A DNA stretch of 64,000 nt from a virus. Under the pieces are notes generated by a model that made no database searches, was not told where the DNA came from, and saw only the letters and a program-made list of their open reading frames with translations. How positions within the stretch are numbered: the first letter of the stretch is position 1; each line of letters opens with the position of its first letter. A program made the position numbers and the translations under genes. This document shows positions 19,091 to 28,088 of the stretch, piece by piece. The stretch covers positions 15,238 through 79,237 of IMG/VR virus record IMGVR_UViG_3300046009_011911; one strand, given 5' to 3'.

Positions 19091-20341
19091 GTTAATCGAA
19101 AAAAAATTGGATTCATTGGAATAGGAAAGCTGGGACTAGACTGCGCCGAAGTAATGGCAGAAAAGCATGAAGTCCGCGGCTATGATATTTACCCTAAACA
19201 AAGTGACAGTGTAAAAGTTTGTGGTATTGAAGAACTCATCAATGAAAGTGAGTGGATTTTTATTGCAGTACCCACCCCACATGCTGAGGGGTATGACGGC
19301 AGCGTGCCTAGCAGTCATATGGAACCTAAAGATTTTGGGCATGATGCAGTTCTAGATGCTATTGAAAATGTTAATCGCTTTGCAAAAACACAAAAGAAAG
19401 TAGTTCTAATTAGTACGGTACTGCCAGGCACGACTCGAAGAAAGTTTGTTCCGTTACTAGATAAAAAACATTTGTTCCTGTACAACCCTTATTTGATTGC
19501 CATGGGCAGTGTAAAATGGGACATGGCCAATCCAGAGATGGTTATTATTGGAACTGAAGATGGTAGTCTAACAGGTGTAGCTGGTGAACTTATTGATTTG
19601 TATAAAACTATTATGCAAAACGATCCGCGCTATGAAGTTGGCACTTGGGACGAATGCGAAGCCATCAAGATTTTCTATAACACTTTTATCAGTGCTAAAG
19701 TTGGTTTGGTGAACATGATTCAGGATTTTGCATTGCGTATAGGTAATATTAATGTCGATATAGTGACGAATGCGTTAGCCCGTAGCACCATGCGGATTAT
19801 GGGTCCAAAATATATGACTGCTGGAATGGGAGATGCAGGTGCATGTCATCCCAGGGACAATATTGCACTACGTTGGTTGGCACAAGAGTATGACATTGGG
19901 TACGATTTGTTCGACACTGTGATGCATGCTAGAGAAATTCAAGCAGAAAATCTTGCTAAATTTTTAATTGAAGTCAGTGCCAACAATGGTGGACTTCCCA
20001 TTGTGATTCATGGTAAAGCATATAAACCTGACGTGCCTTACTGTATTGGGTCTTATTCAACTCTGGTGGGTCACTATGTAACCAAACATGGACATACGGC
20101 GTTAAAATATGTAGATCCATTGGCAGATGATCCGGCTGATGTTGTAGCAGACATCGATCATCCATCAGTGTTTTTGTGGGCACATAGTAGAAAAATTACT
20201 TATGAGTATACTGGAGAACAGGCAGATACGAAACCTTATTGCACGATACCTGATGGTTCAATCATTGTGGATCCTTGGAGGAAACTGTCTTCTACCGAGG
20301 CTGTTAAAGTGATCCACTATGGCAACACTAGACATAGTTAA
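19085..20341 (+). CDS. ugd: UDP-glucose/GDP-mannose dehydrogenase family
   Basis: GFIGIGKLG, IAVPTP, STVLPGTT, EAIKIFYNTF, GACHPRD, AYKPD. Confidence 0.88.
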   Translation: MQVNRKKIGFIGIGKLGLDCAEVMAEKHEVRGYDIYPKQSDSVKVCGIEELINESEWIFIAVPTPHAEGYDGSVPSSHMEPKDFGHDAVLDAIENVNRFAKTQKKVVLISTVLPGTTRRKFVPLLDKKHLFLYNPYLIAMGSVKWDMANPEMVIIGTEDGSLTGVAGELIDLYKTIMQNDPRYEVGTWDECEAIKIFYNTFISAKVGLVNMIQDFALRIGNINVDIVTNALARSTMRIMGPKYMTAGMGDAGACHPRDNIALRWLAQEYDIGYDLFDTVMHAREIQAENLAKFLIEVSANNGGLPIVIHGKAYKPDVPYCIGSYSTLVGHYVTKHGHTALKYVDPLADDPADVVADIDHPSVFLWAHSRKITYEYTGEQADTKPYCTIPDGSIIVDPWRKLSSTEAVKVIHYGNTRHS

Positions 20342-20837
20342 ATTGCATATTGATCCGTTTTGGGATCACGAATACCGATTTCTTTACTACATTCACGAAT
20401 CATTTAATGATGTCGACAGTTTGAATCGTTGGAGAAATTTAGGATATAGCGGTCTCTTTACTGGAGCAATGTGTGATATGCGTAGTCGCCAACCAAGTTG
20501 GAATTCAAAGTTTATTGAATATTTTTCCAAACTTGGTTGGAATAACATTGGTACTAGCTACTATAGAATGGACACAGGAACAGTTCTTCCAACTCACAGT
20601 GACTTGTATACGAAATATATAGACTTATTTGGCCTACATAACAAGAAAACATCTATTTTCAGAGCAATTGTGTTCTTAGAAGATTGGCAGTCTGGACACT
20701 ACGCTGAATATAACAACCAACCTTATGTAAATTGGAAGGCGGGAGACTGTGTCTACTGGCAATATGATTTACCTCATATGGCAGCAAATATAGGAATAGC
20801 TCCTAGATATACACTACAAATTACCGGGCATATATGA
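20319..20837 (+). CDS. 2OG-Fe(II) oxygenase-like protein
   Basis: PTHSD (HxD)...PHMAAN...RYTLQITG. Confidence 0.7.
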   Translation: MATLDIVKLHIDPFWDHEYRFLYYIHESFNDVDSLNRWRNLGYSGLFTGAMCDMRSRQPSWNSKFIEYFSKLGWNNIGTSYYRMDTGTVLPTHSDLYTKYIDLFGLHNKKTSIFRAIVFLEDWQSGHYAEYNNQPYVNWKAGDCVYWQYDLPHMAANIGIAPRYTLQITGHI

Positions 20838-21847
20838 AAGTTTCAAGTAAAAATGAATACGACATGTTGAAATCTTGTATAGTGGGGGACGCAACTGGTG
20901 CAAGATTTCCCAAATTGGATGAAATATTTGACTATAATAAACAAATAACCAATTGGAAAGAAACACCATTACCTGAGGGTGAATTTCCAAAACATATTAT
21001 AGAAGAAACTAACGAAGATTTAGAAATCCTGTCAAACACTTTAAAATCCTTTGGAGTAGAAGTTTATAGACCAAATGATTTGGATCACAGTCACATTGTA
21101 CGCACTCATGAATGGGAAACTGATGGTATGTACAAGTATTGTCCCAGGGATGTGTTATTGGTAGTAGACGACCTTGTCATTGAAGCACCCATGGTGTATA
21201 GAAGTAGACAGTTCGAGGTCAGTGCGTATTGGAAAATTAAAGTCAAAGCCATAAGAGACAATGCCAGATGGATTTCGGCACCTAAACCCAGATTGCTCAC
21301 ACAGGATTCATATGTTGTAGATAATAACATAGTGTTAAGTGAACGGGAGCCTATGTTCGACGCTGCAAATATATTAAGACACAATGATGACATTTTGTAC
21401 TTGATCAGTAACACTGGTAATAAACTAGGTGCCAAATGGTTGCAGAATATTTTGGGATCGAATTATCGTGTGCATGTATTGGAAAATTTGTATTCATACG
21501 CTCATATAGACAGTACCATTTCTATTCTAAGAGACGGGTTGGTCATGTTGAACGCATCACGTATAAAATCACATAATTGTCCAGATTTCTTCGACGGCTG
21601 GAACAAAATTTATGTAGAAGATGTAATTCCGCAATCTTTTTACAATTATCCATATGCTAGTAAATGGATAGCTATGAACGTGCTAAGTATCGATCCCAAT
21701 ACAGTAATTGTAGATAAGACCCAAATTAGTCTAATTAAACTAATCGAATCTTATGGAATTACTGTAGTGCCTCTGGAATTAAGACATAGTAGAACTTTGG
21801 GCGGCGGATTTCATTGTGTGACTCTTGATTTACTGCGGGTATACTAA
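20834..21847 (+). CDS. Amidinotransferase, StrB1/inosamine-phosphate type
   Basis: YCPRD, RWISAPKPRL, FDAAN, HIDST, HSRTLGGGFHCVTLD (Asp-His-Cys triad). Confidence 0.9.
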   Translation: MKVSSKNEYDMLKSCIVGDATGARFPKLDEIFDYNKQITNWKETPLPEGEFPKHIIEETNEDLEILSNTLKSFGVEVYRPNDLDHSHIVRTHEWETDGMYKYCPRDVLLVVDDLVIEAPMVYRSRQFEVSAYWKIKVKAIRDNARWISAPKPRLLTQDSYVVDNNIVLSEREPMFDAANILRHNDDILYLISNTGNKLGAKWLQNILGSNYRVHVLENLYSYAHIDSTISILRDGLVMLNASRIKSHNCPDFFDGWNKIYVEDVIPQSFYNYPYASKWIAMNVLSIDPNTVIVDKTQISLIKLIESYGITVVPLELRHSRTLGGGFHCVTLDLLRVY

Positions 21848-21857
21848 ATATCATATT

Positions 21858-22580
21858 ATGCGTAACTTTGTTGATTATAGTAGTGTGATATCAGATGCGT
21901 ACGATCTTCATACAAAAAAATCTGAAATTATTGACAGAAAAAGAGAAATCTTGGACAAAGTTTTAGAATATTACAATCTGAGCCCAAAAAGTTATCTCTT
22001 TATCGGATTTAATCCTTTAATTTTTACTTTGTCCAATTCTTGTTCAGTGACTGTTTCACAGGTCAGCGATTCTATTGTGCAAACTTTAAACAAACAAAGA
22101 GCAGTAAATACTTTAAAAAACGTCCAGTCTGAAAAATTTGATTGTGTTATTGCAGCAGATGAATTTCTGACCTTTGCAGAAACTGACGAAGAACAAAAAA
22201 ATAACATAATGACACTTTGTACCTTAAGTAAAGATATAATTATAACTACAGTAAAAGACTACAAAAACCAGGACTTTAAAGATCGTGAATATAGTAGTCC
22301 TGCAATAATCAAATCACAATCAACAACAACTGCATTTACTGAAATTCACAATTGGGATTTTCAAGACAAAAATAAATGGACTACAGCAGTGTATCAACTT
22401 CAAAATGAATCTGCAGTTTGTCGTGGTTTGTATTCAAGAAGAACTTTATATTTCAAACAGTTAGCTAAATTCTGCAAAGATTATGGAGCTGCCGATTTTC
22501 TTGTGCATAAAAATTTAATGTATAAGAGTTTGATCAAAAAAAATTATGAACATGTAATCAGCGTAAGATTTGACAATTAA
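21858..22580 (+). CDS. Degenerate SAM-methyltransferase-fold protein
   Basis: YLFIGFNP and KFDCVIAADEFLT; start after late motif CTAAATA. Confidence 0.45.
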   Translation: MRNFVDYSSVISDAYDLHTKKSEIIDRKREILDKVLEYYNLSPKSYLFIGFNPLIFTLSNSCSVTVSQVSDSIVQTLNKQRAVNTLKNVQSEKFDCVIAADEFLTFAETDEEQKNNIMTLCTLSKDIIITTVKDYKNQDFKDREYSSPAIIKSQSTTTAFTEIHNWDFQDKNKWTTAVYQLQNESAVCRGLYSRRTLYFKQLAKFCKDYGAADFLVHKNLMYKSLIKKNYEHVISVRFDN

Positions 22581-22598
22581 TAGAAAATATTCTATAAT
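22570..22598 (+). promoter_or_regulatory. Sigma70 promoter of uvsE (leaderless)
   Basis: TTGACA(22570)-17-TATAAT(22593); ATG is the 7th base after the -10. Confidence 0.8.
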
Positions 22599-22604
22599 TG
22601 TTGC

Positions 22605-23648
22605 ATGACTACAATTCAACGTATTGGTTTCGCTTGCAAATGGATCGATCACCCCGATCAAATAAACGGTATTCGACCAAAAGACGCCGCCAGAAAGTAT
22701 AACACTGGCACCACCACTATTACTTGGCTAAATCGTCAAAGTAAAAATATTGCTGAACAAAAACTTTGGGATTTGATGAAACAAAACATCGAATCTATTC
22801 GTAATTTAGTCGCAAAAGTTGGAGAACAAGAACATGAGCTTAGGATGGTTCGTCTTTCAAGTGATATTTTGCCTGCTTTTACTGAGCCTGGCTGGCGTTA
22901 CTTTTGGAAGCTACCTGATGTACAAAGATATGCAGAGCGGGAGTTTGCTAAAGTCGGAGTGCTGGCTCGGGATCGCGATGTTCGTCTTAGCTTTCATCCT
23001 GGCCAGTTCACTGTGCTTGCTAGTGATAACCCTGAGATTGTTGAACGTAGTATAGAGGAGTTTGAATATCATGCTACAATGGCCGCTTGGATGGGCTTTG
23101 CCCAAAGATTTCAAGACTTTAAAATCAATGTCCACATCGCGGGTAGAGCCGGTCCAGAAGGTATCCGACGGGCCTATTCGCGACTCAGTCCAGAAGCCCG
23201 TAACACACTCACAATCGAAAATGAAGAAATAAGTTATGGACTGGAAGATTGCCTTAGTATTAGCGACATTGTGCCTATCGTTCTTGACATACATCATCAT
23301 TGGATACGCGAAGGGGTATACATTGACCCAAATAGCGATAGCGTTAAAAGAGTGGTGGATAGTTGGCGCGGTCGTAGGCCTGCTATGCATTACAGTGTAT
23401 CTCGGGAAGATCTTTTGGTGGATCATCCCCGAGACCGGGTTCCCAATTTTCAAACCTTAATGGAATCTGGGCACAAGCGACAAAAGCTTAGAGCTCACAG
23501 TGACTTTTATTGGAATGACATGGTCAATCGTTGGGCAGTTAGTTTTTTGCCCAACTTCGATATCATGTGCGAATCCAAAGGAAAAAATCTAGCCAGTTTT
23601 GCACTGCATAAATTTCGTAAAGAAATTTTAGATCAGACTAGCAATTAA
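22605..23648 (+). CDS. uvsE: UV-damage endonuclease
   Basis: RIGFACK, RLSSDILP, RLSFHPGQF, TIENEE, LDIHHH, RAHSD, DIMCESKGK. Confidence 0.93.
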   Translation: MTTIQRIGFACKWIDHPDQINGIRPKDAARKYNTGTTTITWLNRQSKNIAEQKLWDLMKQNIESIRNLVAKVGEQEHELRMVRLSSDILPAFTEPGWRYFWKLPDVQRYAEREFAKVGVLARDRDVRLSFHPGQFTVLASDNPEIVERSIEEFEYHATMAAWMGFAQRFQDFKINVHIAGRAGPEGIRRAYSRLSPEARNTLTIENEEISYGLEDCLSISDIVPIVLDIHHHWIREGVYIDPNSDSVKRVVDSWRGRRPAMHYSVSREDLLVDHPRDRVPNFQTLMESGHKRQKLRAHSDFYWNDMVNRWAVSFLPNFDIMCESKGKNLASFALHKFRKEILDQTSN

Positions 23649-23652
23649 AAAC

Positions 23653-24015
23653 TTACTTGGAATTAGCTGCTTTCTTTTTAGCTACAGGTTTTTTGACTCT
23701 TGCCTTTGCTGCAGGAACCGGTTTCTTAGCTGCAGGCTTACTTGGTTTTTTGGGTTTTTCAACTGAAACAGTTTCTTTAACTGTGGCAGATTCTACCTTA
23801 GTGTCAGCCACAACTTCTAAGGGTTTGATTGCAACTTGTTCAGTTGCTTTAGCCGGTGTAACAACAGGTTCAATTGATTCTACTTTGTAAGGTGCTTCAC
23901 TTTCTTCTTTAACTAATCTTGCTTTAGTATCTGCATCAGATTTCTTCTGCCAGGTATAGTTAAGCCACCATGCTGCACCAATTGCTGCAATGAAAAAAAG
24001 TATTAGTAATTCCAT
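23653..24015 (-). CDS. Membrane-anchored protein with histone-H1-like K/A/P tail
   Basis: N-terminal TM; KPKKPSKPAAKKPVPAAKARVKKPVAKKK; SD AGGAG; TATAAATA upstream on the minus strand. Confidence 0.7.
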   Translation of the reverse strand: MELLILFFIAAIGAAWWLNYTWQKKSDADTKARLVKEESEAPYKVESIEPVVTPAKATEQVAIKPLEVVADTKVESATVKETVSVEKPKKPSKPAAKKPVPAAKARVKKPVAKKKAANSK

Positions 24016-24052
24016 AATAGATCTCCTATATTATCATTCAAGATGAAATTAT

Positions 24053-25189
24053 TTATAAAGACTTAGCATAGTTTGAAATAAAAGATTGTATTTTTCCAAT
24101 ATTTAAATTACTTGTGGTGATTAGGTTAAAATTATGTTCTAATATTGATTGTGCTTGTTGATAAATTTTTACAGGATCACAAGTAGATAAAAATTTAATT
24201 TGGTCAAAAGCTTTGTGTAATCTTTTAATTTGATTGGGTTCAAAATCGTAACTTTCATCAATAATGCCATGAAATGTTTTGAATCCTTGGTCTCTTAAAA
24301 ATTGTAAAGATCCTGGACCAGCGAATAATACAAAAACACGTTTAGCAAATAAACATTTAGCAGTTTTTTCGGTTAAAAATCTAAATTCATTAAACATGGT
24401 CTCAGAGACAATACTAAACCATGAATTTTGATAAATTTTGTGACTTATAATCCAGCTTGCACTTATGTCAATCGATGGCAAAGTTTTTTTGCTTGTGCTG
24501 TAGTTTGCATATTTTTTCGAAGGGTCAGTCAACGCAGCATGTTTCCATTCTAGAATTAATGGATCTTCGTAAGAATTTAAATTGGGAGTTTGGTATTCTA
24601 TAAATTGTTTTTTAGAAGGATCAACATCATATAAAAATGCTAAACATTCATCTATTAGATTGTTTTTCATTAATAAATTTAGTATTTCTTTTCTAAACCA
24701 TCTATTAACACCCAATAGTGCGTCAAATTTGTATAATCTTTTTCCATCGCACCCGGTGTAATCTATTTCTGTATTACATCTATTCACGGTCATGAAATAG
24801 TACAGATAAGGTGAGAATAGTCTATTCTCAGGATAGTTTTTATTAGCAGTACCACCTGCTATGTAAATTAAATTTTTATTTTGAAATAAAATAGAAACTA
24901 TTCTGTTTTGTTCTTCCCAATCTAAATAAATTACCTCTGGAGTAAAGCACACAACTACATCTGCCCAAGATAAATCTGAGATAGGAGATACATCATTTAA
25001 ATTTATGGTCCACAATTGTAAATCAGTGAAAACTATCTTTTTCTTGTTCGAATTGATATCAAAATTGTCTTTTATAATTTTAGCCGAATCAATGATAGGG
25101 TAGCCCAATGTTTCTAGTAAAAAGATTTCCGCACAATTATTAGAAAATGATAAAAATTCTTCTAGTTGGTTGTTTAAATTTTCAGACAT
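24053..25189 (-). CDS. Putative glycosyltransferase-like protein, paralog of 17918
   Basis: IVSETMF...LTEKTAK...GFKTFHGIIDESYD. Confidence 0.55.
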   Translation of the reverse strand: MSENLNNQLEEFLSFSNNCAEIFLLETLGYPIIDSAKIIKDNFDINSNKKKIVFTDLQLWTINLNDVSPISDLSWADVVVCFTPEVIYLDWEEQNRIVSILFQNKNLIYIAGGTANKNYPENRLFSPYLYYFMTVNRCNTEIDYTGCDGKRLYKFDALLGVNRWFRKEILNLLMKNNLIDECLAFLYDVDPSKKQFIEYQTPNLNSYEDPLILEWKHAALTDPSKKYANYSTSKKTLPSIDISASWIISHKIYQNSWFSIVSETMFNEFRFLTEKTAKCLFAKRVFVLFAGPGSLQFLRDQGFKTFHGIIDESYDFEPNQIKRLHKAFDQIKFLSTCDPVKIYQQAQSILEHNFNLITTSNLNIGKIQSFISNYAKSL

Positions 25190-25190
25190 T

Positions 25191-25221
25191 TGTTGCACTG
25201 CAGCATAAATAACTGTATAAT
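25191..25221 (+). promoter_or_regulatory. Phasin promoter with PhaR-like operator over the -35
   Basis: TGTTGCACTGCAGCA near-palindrome; TTGCAC(25193)-17-TATAAT(25216); also CATAAATA. Confidence 0.6.
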
Positions 25222-25240
25222 ATGTTTTTAGGAGACTATT

Positions 25241-25516
25241 ATGTTTACTTATGATTCAATGATCGACGCAGTCCAAAATGGCAAAAAACAGTTTGTAAAG
25301 ACTTTCGTTACCAATGAAACTATTGCAACTAATCTAACAAAATTCATTGATGCCCAAGCCGATTACACCAAGGCAGCATTTAAAGTAACATCTGACACAA
25401 CCACTGCTATTGCTCAAGAAATGGTTAAATCTATTCAGGAAGCAACCAAATTTGATTATTCAAAATTTGGTGAAGGCATTATGAAAGCTTACCAAAATAA
25501 TTTTACCCGAAAGTAA
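25241..25516 (+). CDS. Phasin-like (PHA granule-associated) protein
   Basis: Small, Ala/Thr/Gln-rich amphipathic helical protein; TGC/GCA operator upstream. Confidence 0.55.
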   Translation: MFTYDSMIDAVQNGKKQFVKTFVTNETIATNLTKFIDAQADYTKAAFKVTSDTTTAIAQEMVKSIQEATKFDYSKFGEGIMKAYQNNFTRK

Positions 25517-25552
25517 ATCAAACGTTACTATATGTCAACTGAAGAAATTTGG

Positions 25553-25581
25553 TTGACAAATATTTTAATCCCTCTTAGAAT
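25553..25581 (+). promoter_or_regulatory. Early promoter
   Basis: TTGACA-17-TAGAAT. Confidence 0.75.
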
Positions 25582-25617
25582 AGGACTATAGTTTAATAGT
25601 TCACTAAGGAATCACAC

Positions 25618-25848
25618 ATGGGTAACCCTTGGCATTGCGTAAGTTGTGGAACTGCACTGAGTCAGGTAGGCTATAGCCATTGTAATGTTTGTAAGCAGAC
25701 AAACACTATGGCTGCTATTTTTTCAAATTTAAACTCTAATAATCATTCCTCTGGATGGGAAGAATTTCGTGATTTAATCTATGCATTTATCCAATTGATT
25801 TTTTGGGTAGTTTTGGGGTTTGTCATGTACGTGATTTTCAAAGGTTGA
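25618..25848 (+). CDS. Small Zn-finger plus TM protein
   Basis: CVSC...CNVC; C-terminal hydrophobic helix; SD AAGGA. Confidence 0.6.
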   Translation: MGNPWHCVSCGTALSQVGYSHCNVCKQTNTMAAIFSNLNSNNHSSGWEEFRDLIYAFIQLIFWVVLGFVMYVIFKG

Positions 25849-25897
25849 CAAATATTCCAATATTTCATATAATAATGGTACTGTAACAATTTTGGAG
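25845..25897 (+). promoter_or_regulatory. Early promoter/RBS cassette
   Basis: TTGACA(25845)-17-TATAAT(25868)...GGAG. Confidence 0.85.
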
Positions 25898-25903
25898 TAA
25901 ACG

Positions 25904-26116
25904 ATGATTGAGTACGAAGACGAACTGGCCAATGACATGCTCATGTACGAACTGGACATGGAACGTATGTACGAAGATGAAACTTTTACTCTCGACATGA
26001 TTAATGCCGAACTGCAAGAAGCAGCCCAAGATCTTCAGGAAGAAGAAGCAGAGCAGGCCTACGATGAAATGATGGCCAGTTGGTTGCGCATGTATGTCGA
26101 TCTAGATTTGATTTGA
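25904..26116 (+). CDS. Highly acidic small early protein
   Basis: D/E-rich; behind the promoter cassette. Confidence 0.7.
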   Translation: MIEYEDELANDMLMYELDMERMYEDETFTLDMINAELQEAAQDLQEEEAEQAYDEMMASWLRMYVDLDLI

Positions 26117-26166
26117 CAAATATTCCAATTTCCGATATAATTACTTCATACAGTAACAAAACGGAG
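26113..26166 (+). promoter_or_regulatory. Early promoter/RBS cassette
   Basis: TTGACA(26113)-17-TATAAT(26136)...ACGGAG. Confidence 0.85.
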
Positions 26167-26172
26167 CAAGAA

Positions 26173-26439
26173 ATGCACTACGTTGTTTTTCACACAAAGT
26201 TCCCCCATCAAGACAAGCGTTATTTTAAATCCGCTGCCGGGGCGAAGCGTTCGGCGACCTGTTCTAACCGTAACGCTGGTGCAGAAGTTTACCAAGCATT
26301 GGAAGAAACCCTGTTCATGCTGAAGTACCCCGTAGGCATGAAAACGGTTAAGAATCTGATGACGGGGCAAGACATCAACATCCCCGAAGATACGCCTTAC
26401 TGTTGTGACCCATCCACTGAACGTTATTGGAGTATGTAA
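26173..26439 (+). CDS. Early hypothetical protein
   Basis: MHYVVFHTK...PYCCDPSTERYWSM; start reassigned after SD. Confidence 0.7.
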   Translation: MHYVVFHTKFPHQDKRYFKSAAGAKRSATCSNRNAGAEVYQALEETLFMLKYPVGMKTVKNLMTGQDINIPEDTPYCCDPSTERYWSM

Positions 26440-26440
26440 T

Positions 26441-26653
26441 ATGAACCAGCGTGATCGTGCAAACTTGGAATTTCTTTTGAACATCGGTCCTGGTCTTGCT
26501 AATTGGTATGCGCAAGCATCTGCTGAAGATATCGAATACGCCACTGAGCTTTTAGAAGCTTATGAGCAGGAATTGGCTGAACAAGAAATGAATCTTCTCG
26601 AAGAAGATTATGGTGTAAACTTGATCTCGGCATCTACCCGAGTGCTTCAGTAA
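26441..26653 (+). CDS. Hypothetical protein
   Basis: MNQRDRANLEFLL; start reassigned. Confidence 0.65.
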   Translation: MNQRDRANLEFLLNIGPGLANWYAQASAEDIEYATELLEAYEQELAEQEMNLLEEDYGVNLISASTRVLQ

Positions 26654-26663
26654 GGATAAAATT

Positions 26664-27053
26664 ATGGGGTTGGATCAATGGGCATATGTTGCTGCCAAAG
26701 ATAAAGATAATTGGGATAATCATCAAGAACTTGCTTACTGGCGTAAGCATCCAAATCTCCAGGGATGGATGGAACAGCTTTGGCTCAGCAAAAATAAACC
26801 TAACGGTAGTTCAGGGCAGGAAGAAGAATGGGGCTCCGGGTTCAATGGTGTAGAGCTTGAACTGACCTGGGATGACGTAGAGCAACTAGAAAAAGATATC
26901 CTGTCAGAGCAAGTGTCCAAACTACAAACAGTTGGGTTCTTTTTTGGTTCTGCCAGTGATGACCATTACAGAGAACACGACTTAGAATTTTGTAGGAAAG
27001 CCAAAGCTGAATTGTTTATTGGTCGTAGAGTGTTCTATAACTCAAGTTGGTGA
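26664..27053 (+). CDS. Conserved phage hypothetical protein
   Basis: MGLDQ...YWRKHPNLQGWM...GFFFG...VFYNSSW. Confidence 0.7.
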   Translation: MGLDQWAYVAAKDKDNWDNHQELAYWRKHPNLQGWMEQLWLSKNKPNGSSGQEEEWGSGFNGVELELTWDDVEQLEKDILSEQVSKLQTVGFFFGSASDDHYREHDLEFCRKAKAELFIGRRVFYNSSW

Positions 27054-27057
27054 TATT

Positions 27058-27399
27058 ATGGCAGGTTACAACACTATTCTTAAAATTCGTAGACTGGAAG
27101 AAGAATTCGATAGGTTGGGTTTCAAGATGTGCGCACCTGATCACTATCATTCAAAATATGGTGATACAGTGGCGGTGAAACCTAAAGATAACGACAGTTT
27201 GCCTATTTACAGTCGTGATGCAGAATTGTTTGTTGGTACTTTAGAGGATTTGGAGATTTGGCTAGAAGGTATAGAATGGGCTAGAAAATATGACGCAATG
27301 TTGTTTGGTCGAACTCATAACAGTAAACGTGAACGAAAGGAACAGGACCACAGAAATATTAAGTTGATGGACACGCTTCAAGACAAAGAAACAGTTTAA
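27058..27399 (+). CDS. Hypothetical protein
   Basis: MAGYNTILKIRR; operon geometry. Confidence 0.65.
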   Translation: MAGYNTILKIRRLEEEFDRLGFKMCAPDHYHSKYGDTVAVKPKDNDSLPIYSRDAELFVGTLEDLEIWLEGIEWARKYDAMLFGRTHNSKRERKEQDHRNIKLMDTLQDKETV

Positions 27400-27417
27400 T
27401 TAATCATGGAGAACACG

Positions 27418-27576
27418 ATGTCAAAAAATGTAATTGATGTTGCAAACCAAGCTATTTTTCATCTTCAACTTAACACTAACGATGCTATCAGGTATGTGGT
27501 AAAAGAAGCAGAAGTGGATGCTAAACAAGCGGGTCAAGCTCTTAAACATGTCATGCTAGGTTATAAGTCAAAATAA
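27418..27576 (+). CDS. 52-aa hypothetical protein (not in ORF track)
   Basis: MSKNVIDVANQ...GYKSK*; SD GGAG. Confidence 0.6.
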   Translation: MSKNVIDVANQAIFHLQLNTNDAIRYVVKEAEVDAKQAGQALKHVMLGYKSK

Positions 27577-27588
27577 TCTAATATTTTG

Positions 27589-27629
27589 AAAAAGCCCTCT
27601 AAGAAATAAATATCTTGGAGGGCTTTTTT
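27589..27629 (+). terminator. Terminator hairpin whose loop is the late promoter and whose 3' arm is the next gene's RBS
   Basis: aaaaagccctctaaga-AATAAATA-tcttGGAGGgcttttt, then GTG at 27630. Confidence 0.75.
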
Positions 27630-28088
27630 GTGGCTAGACCAAATCCACTCAAACAGTTAATGAAGACTCCATTGCCTTCAATTACCTATCAAAAAAGAAA
27701 ATTATATAGGCCCTGTATAAGGGAAGTTAAACAAATATATAATTTATTAAACTATTACGTATTTGATCAGCAATTAGTAATGCCGCCAATTGAAATAGGT
27801 ATTTGTAGAAAATATTGGGGTATGTGTTACGGACATGAAAAACCTACAAAAAAAGGTACGTATTGTACAATAAAATTAATGAATAAATGGTTTTGCATTC
27901 AATGGTTAGTCACTACGCTTGCTCACGAAATGGTTCATCAGTATGAATGGGATGTACTGAAAAAATCAATGACACATCGCCAAAATTTTTTTAAATGGAA
28001 GGCAAAATTAGCTAAATTCGATATAGATTTAAAAACTTATCATGGATATAGACGGTGGTTCAAATATCAGGATTTCAAAAAATCCTAA
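27630..28088 (+). CDS. SprT-like metalloprotease
   Basis: LNYYVFD...TLAHEMVHQY...H; GTG start after GGAGG. Confidence 0.75.
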   Translation: MARPNPLKQLMKTPLPSITYQKRKLYRPCIREVKQIYNLLNYYVFDQQLVMPPIEIGICRKYWGMCYGHEKPTKKGTYCTIKLMNKWFCIQWLVTTLAHEMVHQYEWDVLKKSMTHRQNFFKWKAKLAKFDIDLKTYHGYRRWFKYQDFKKS

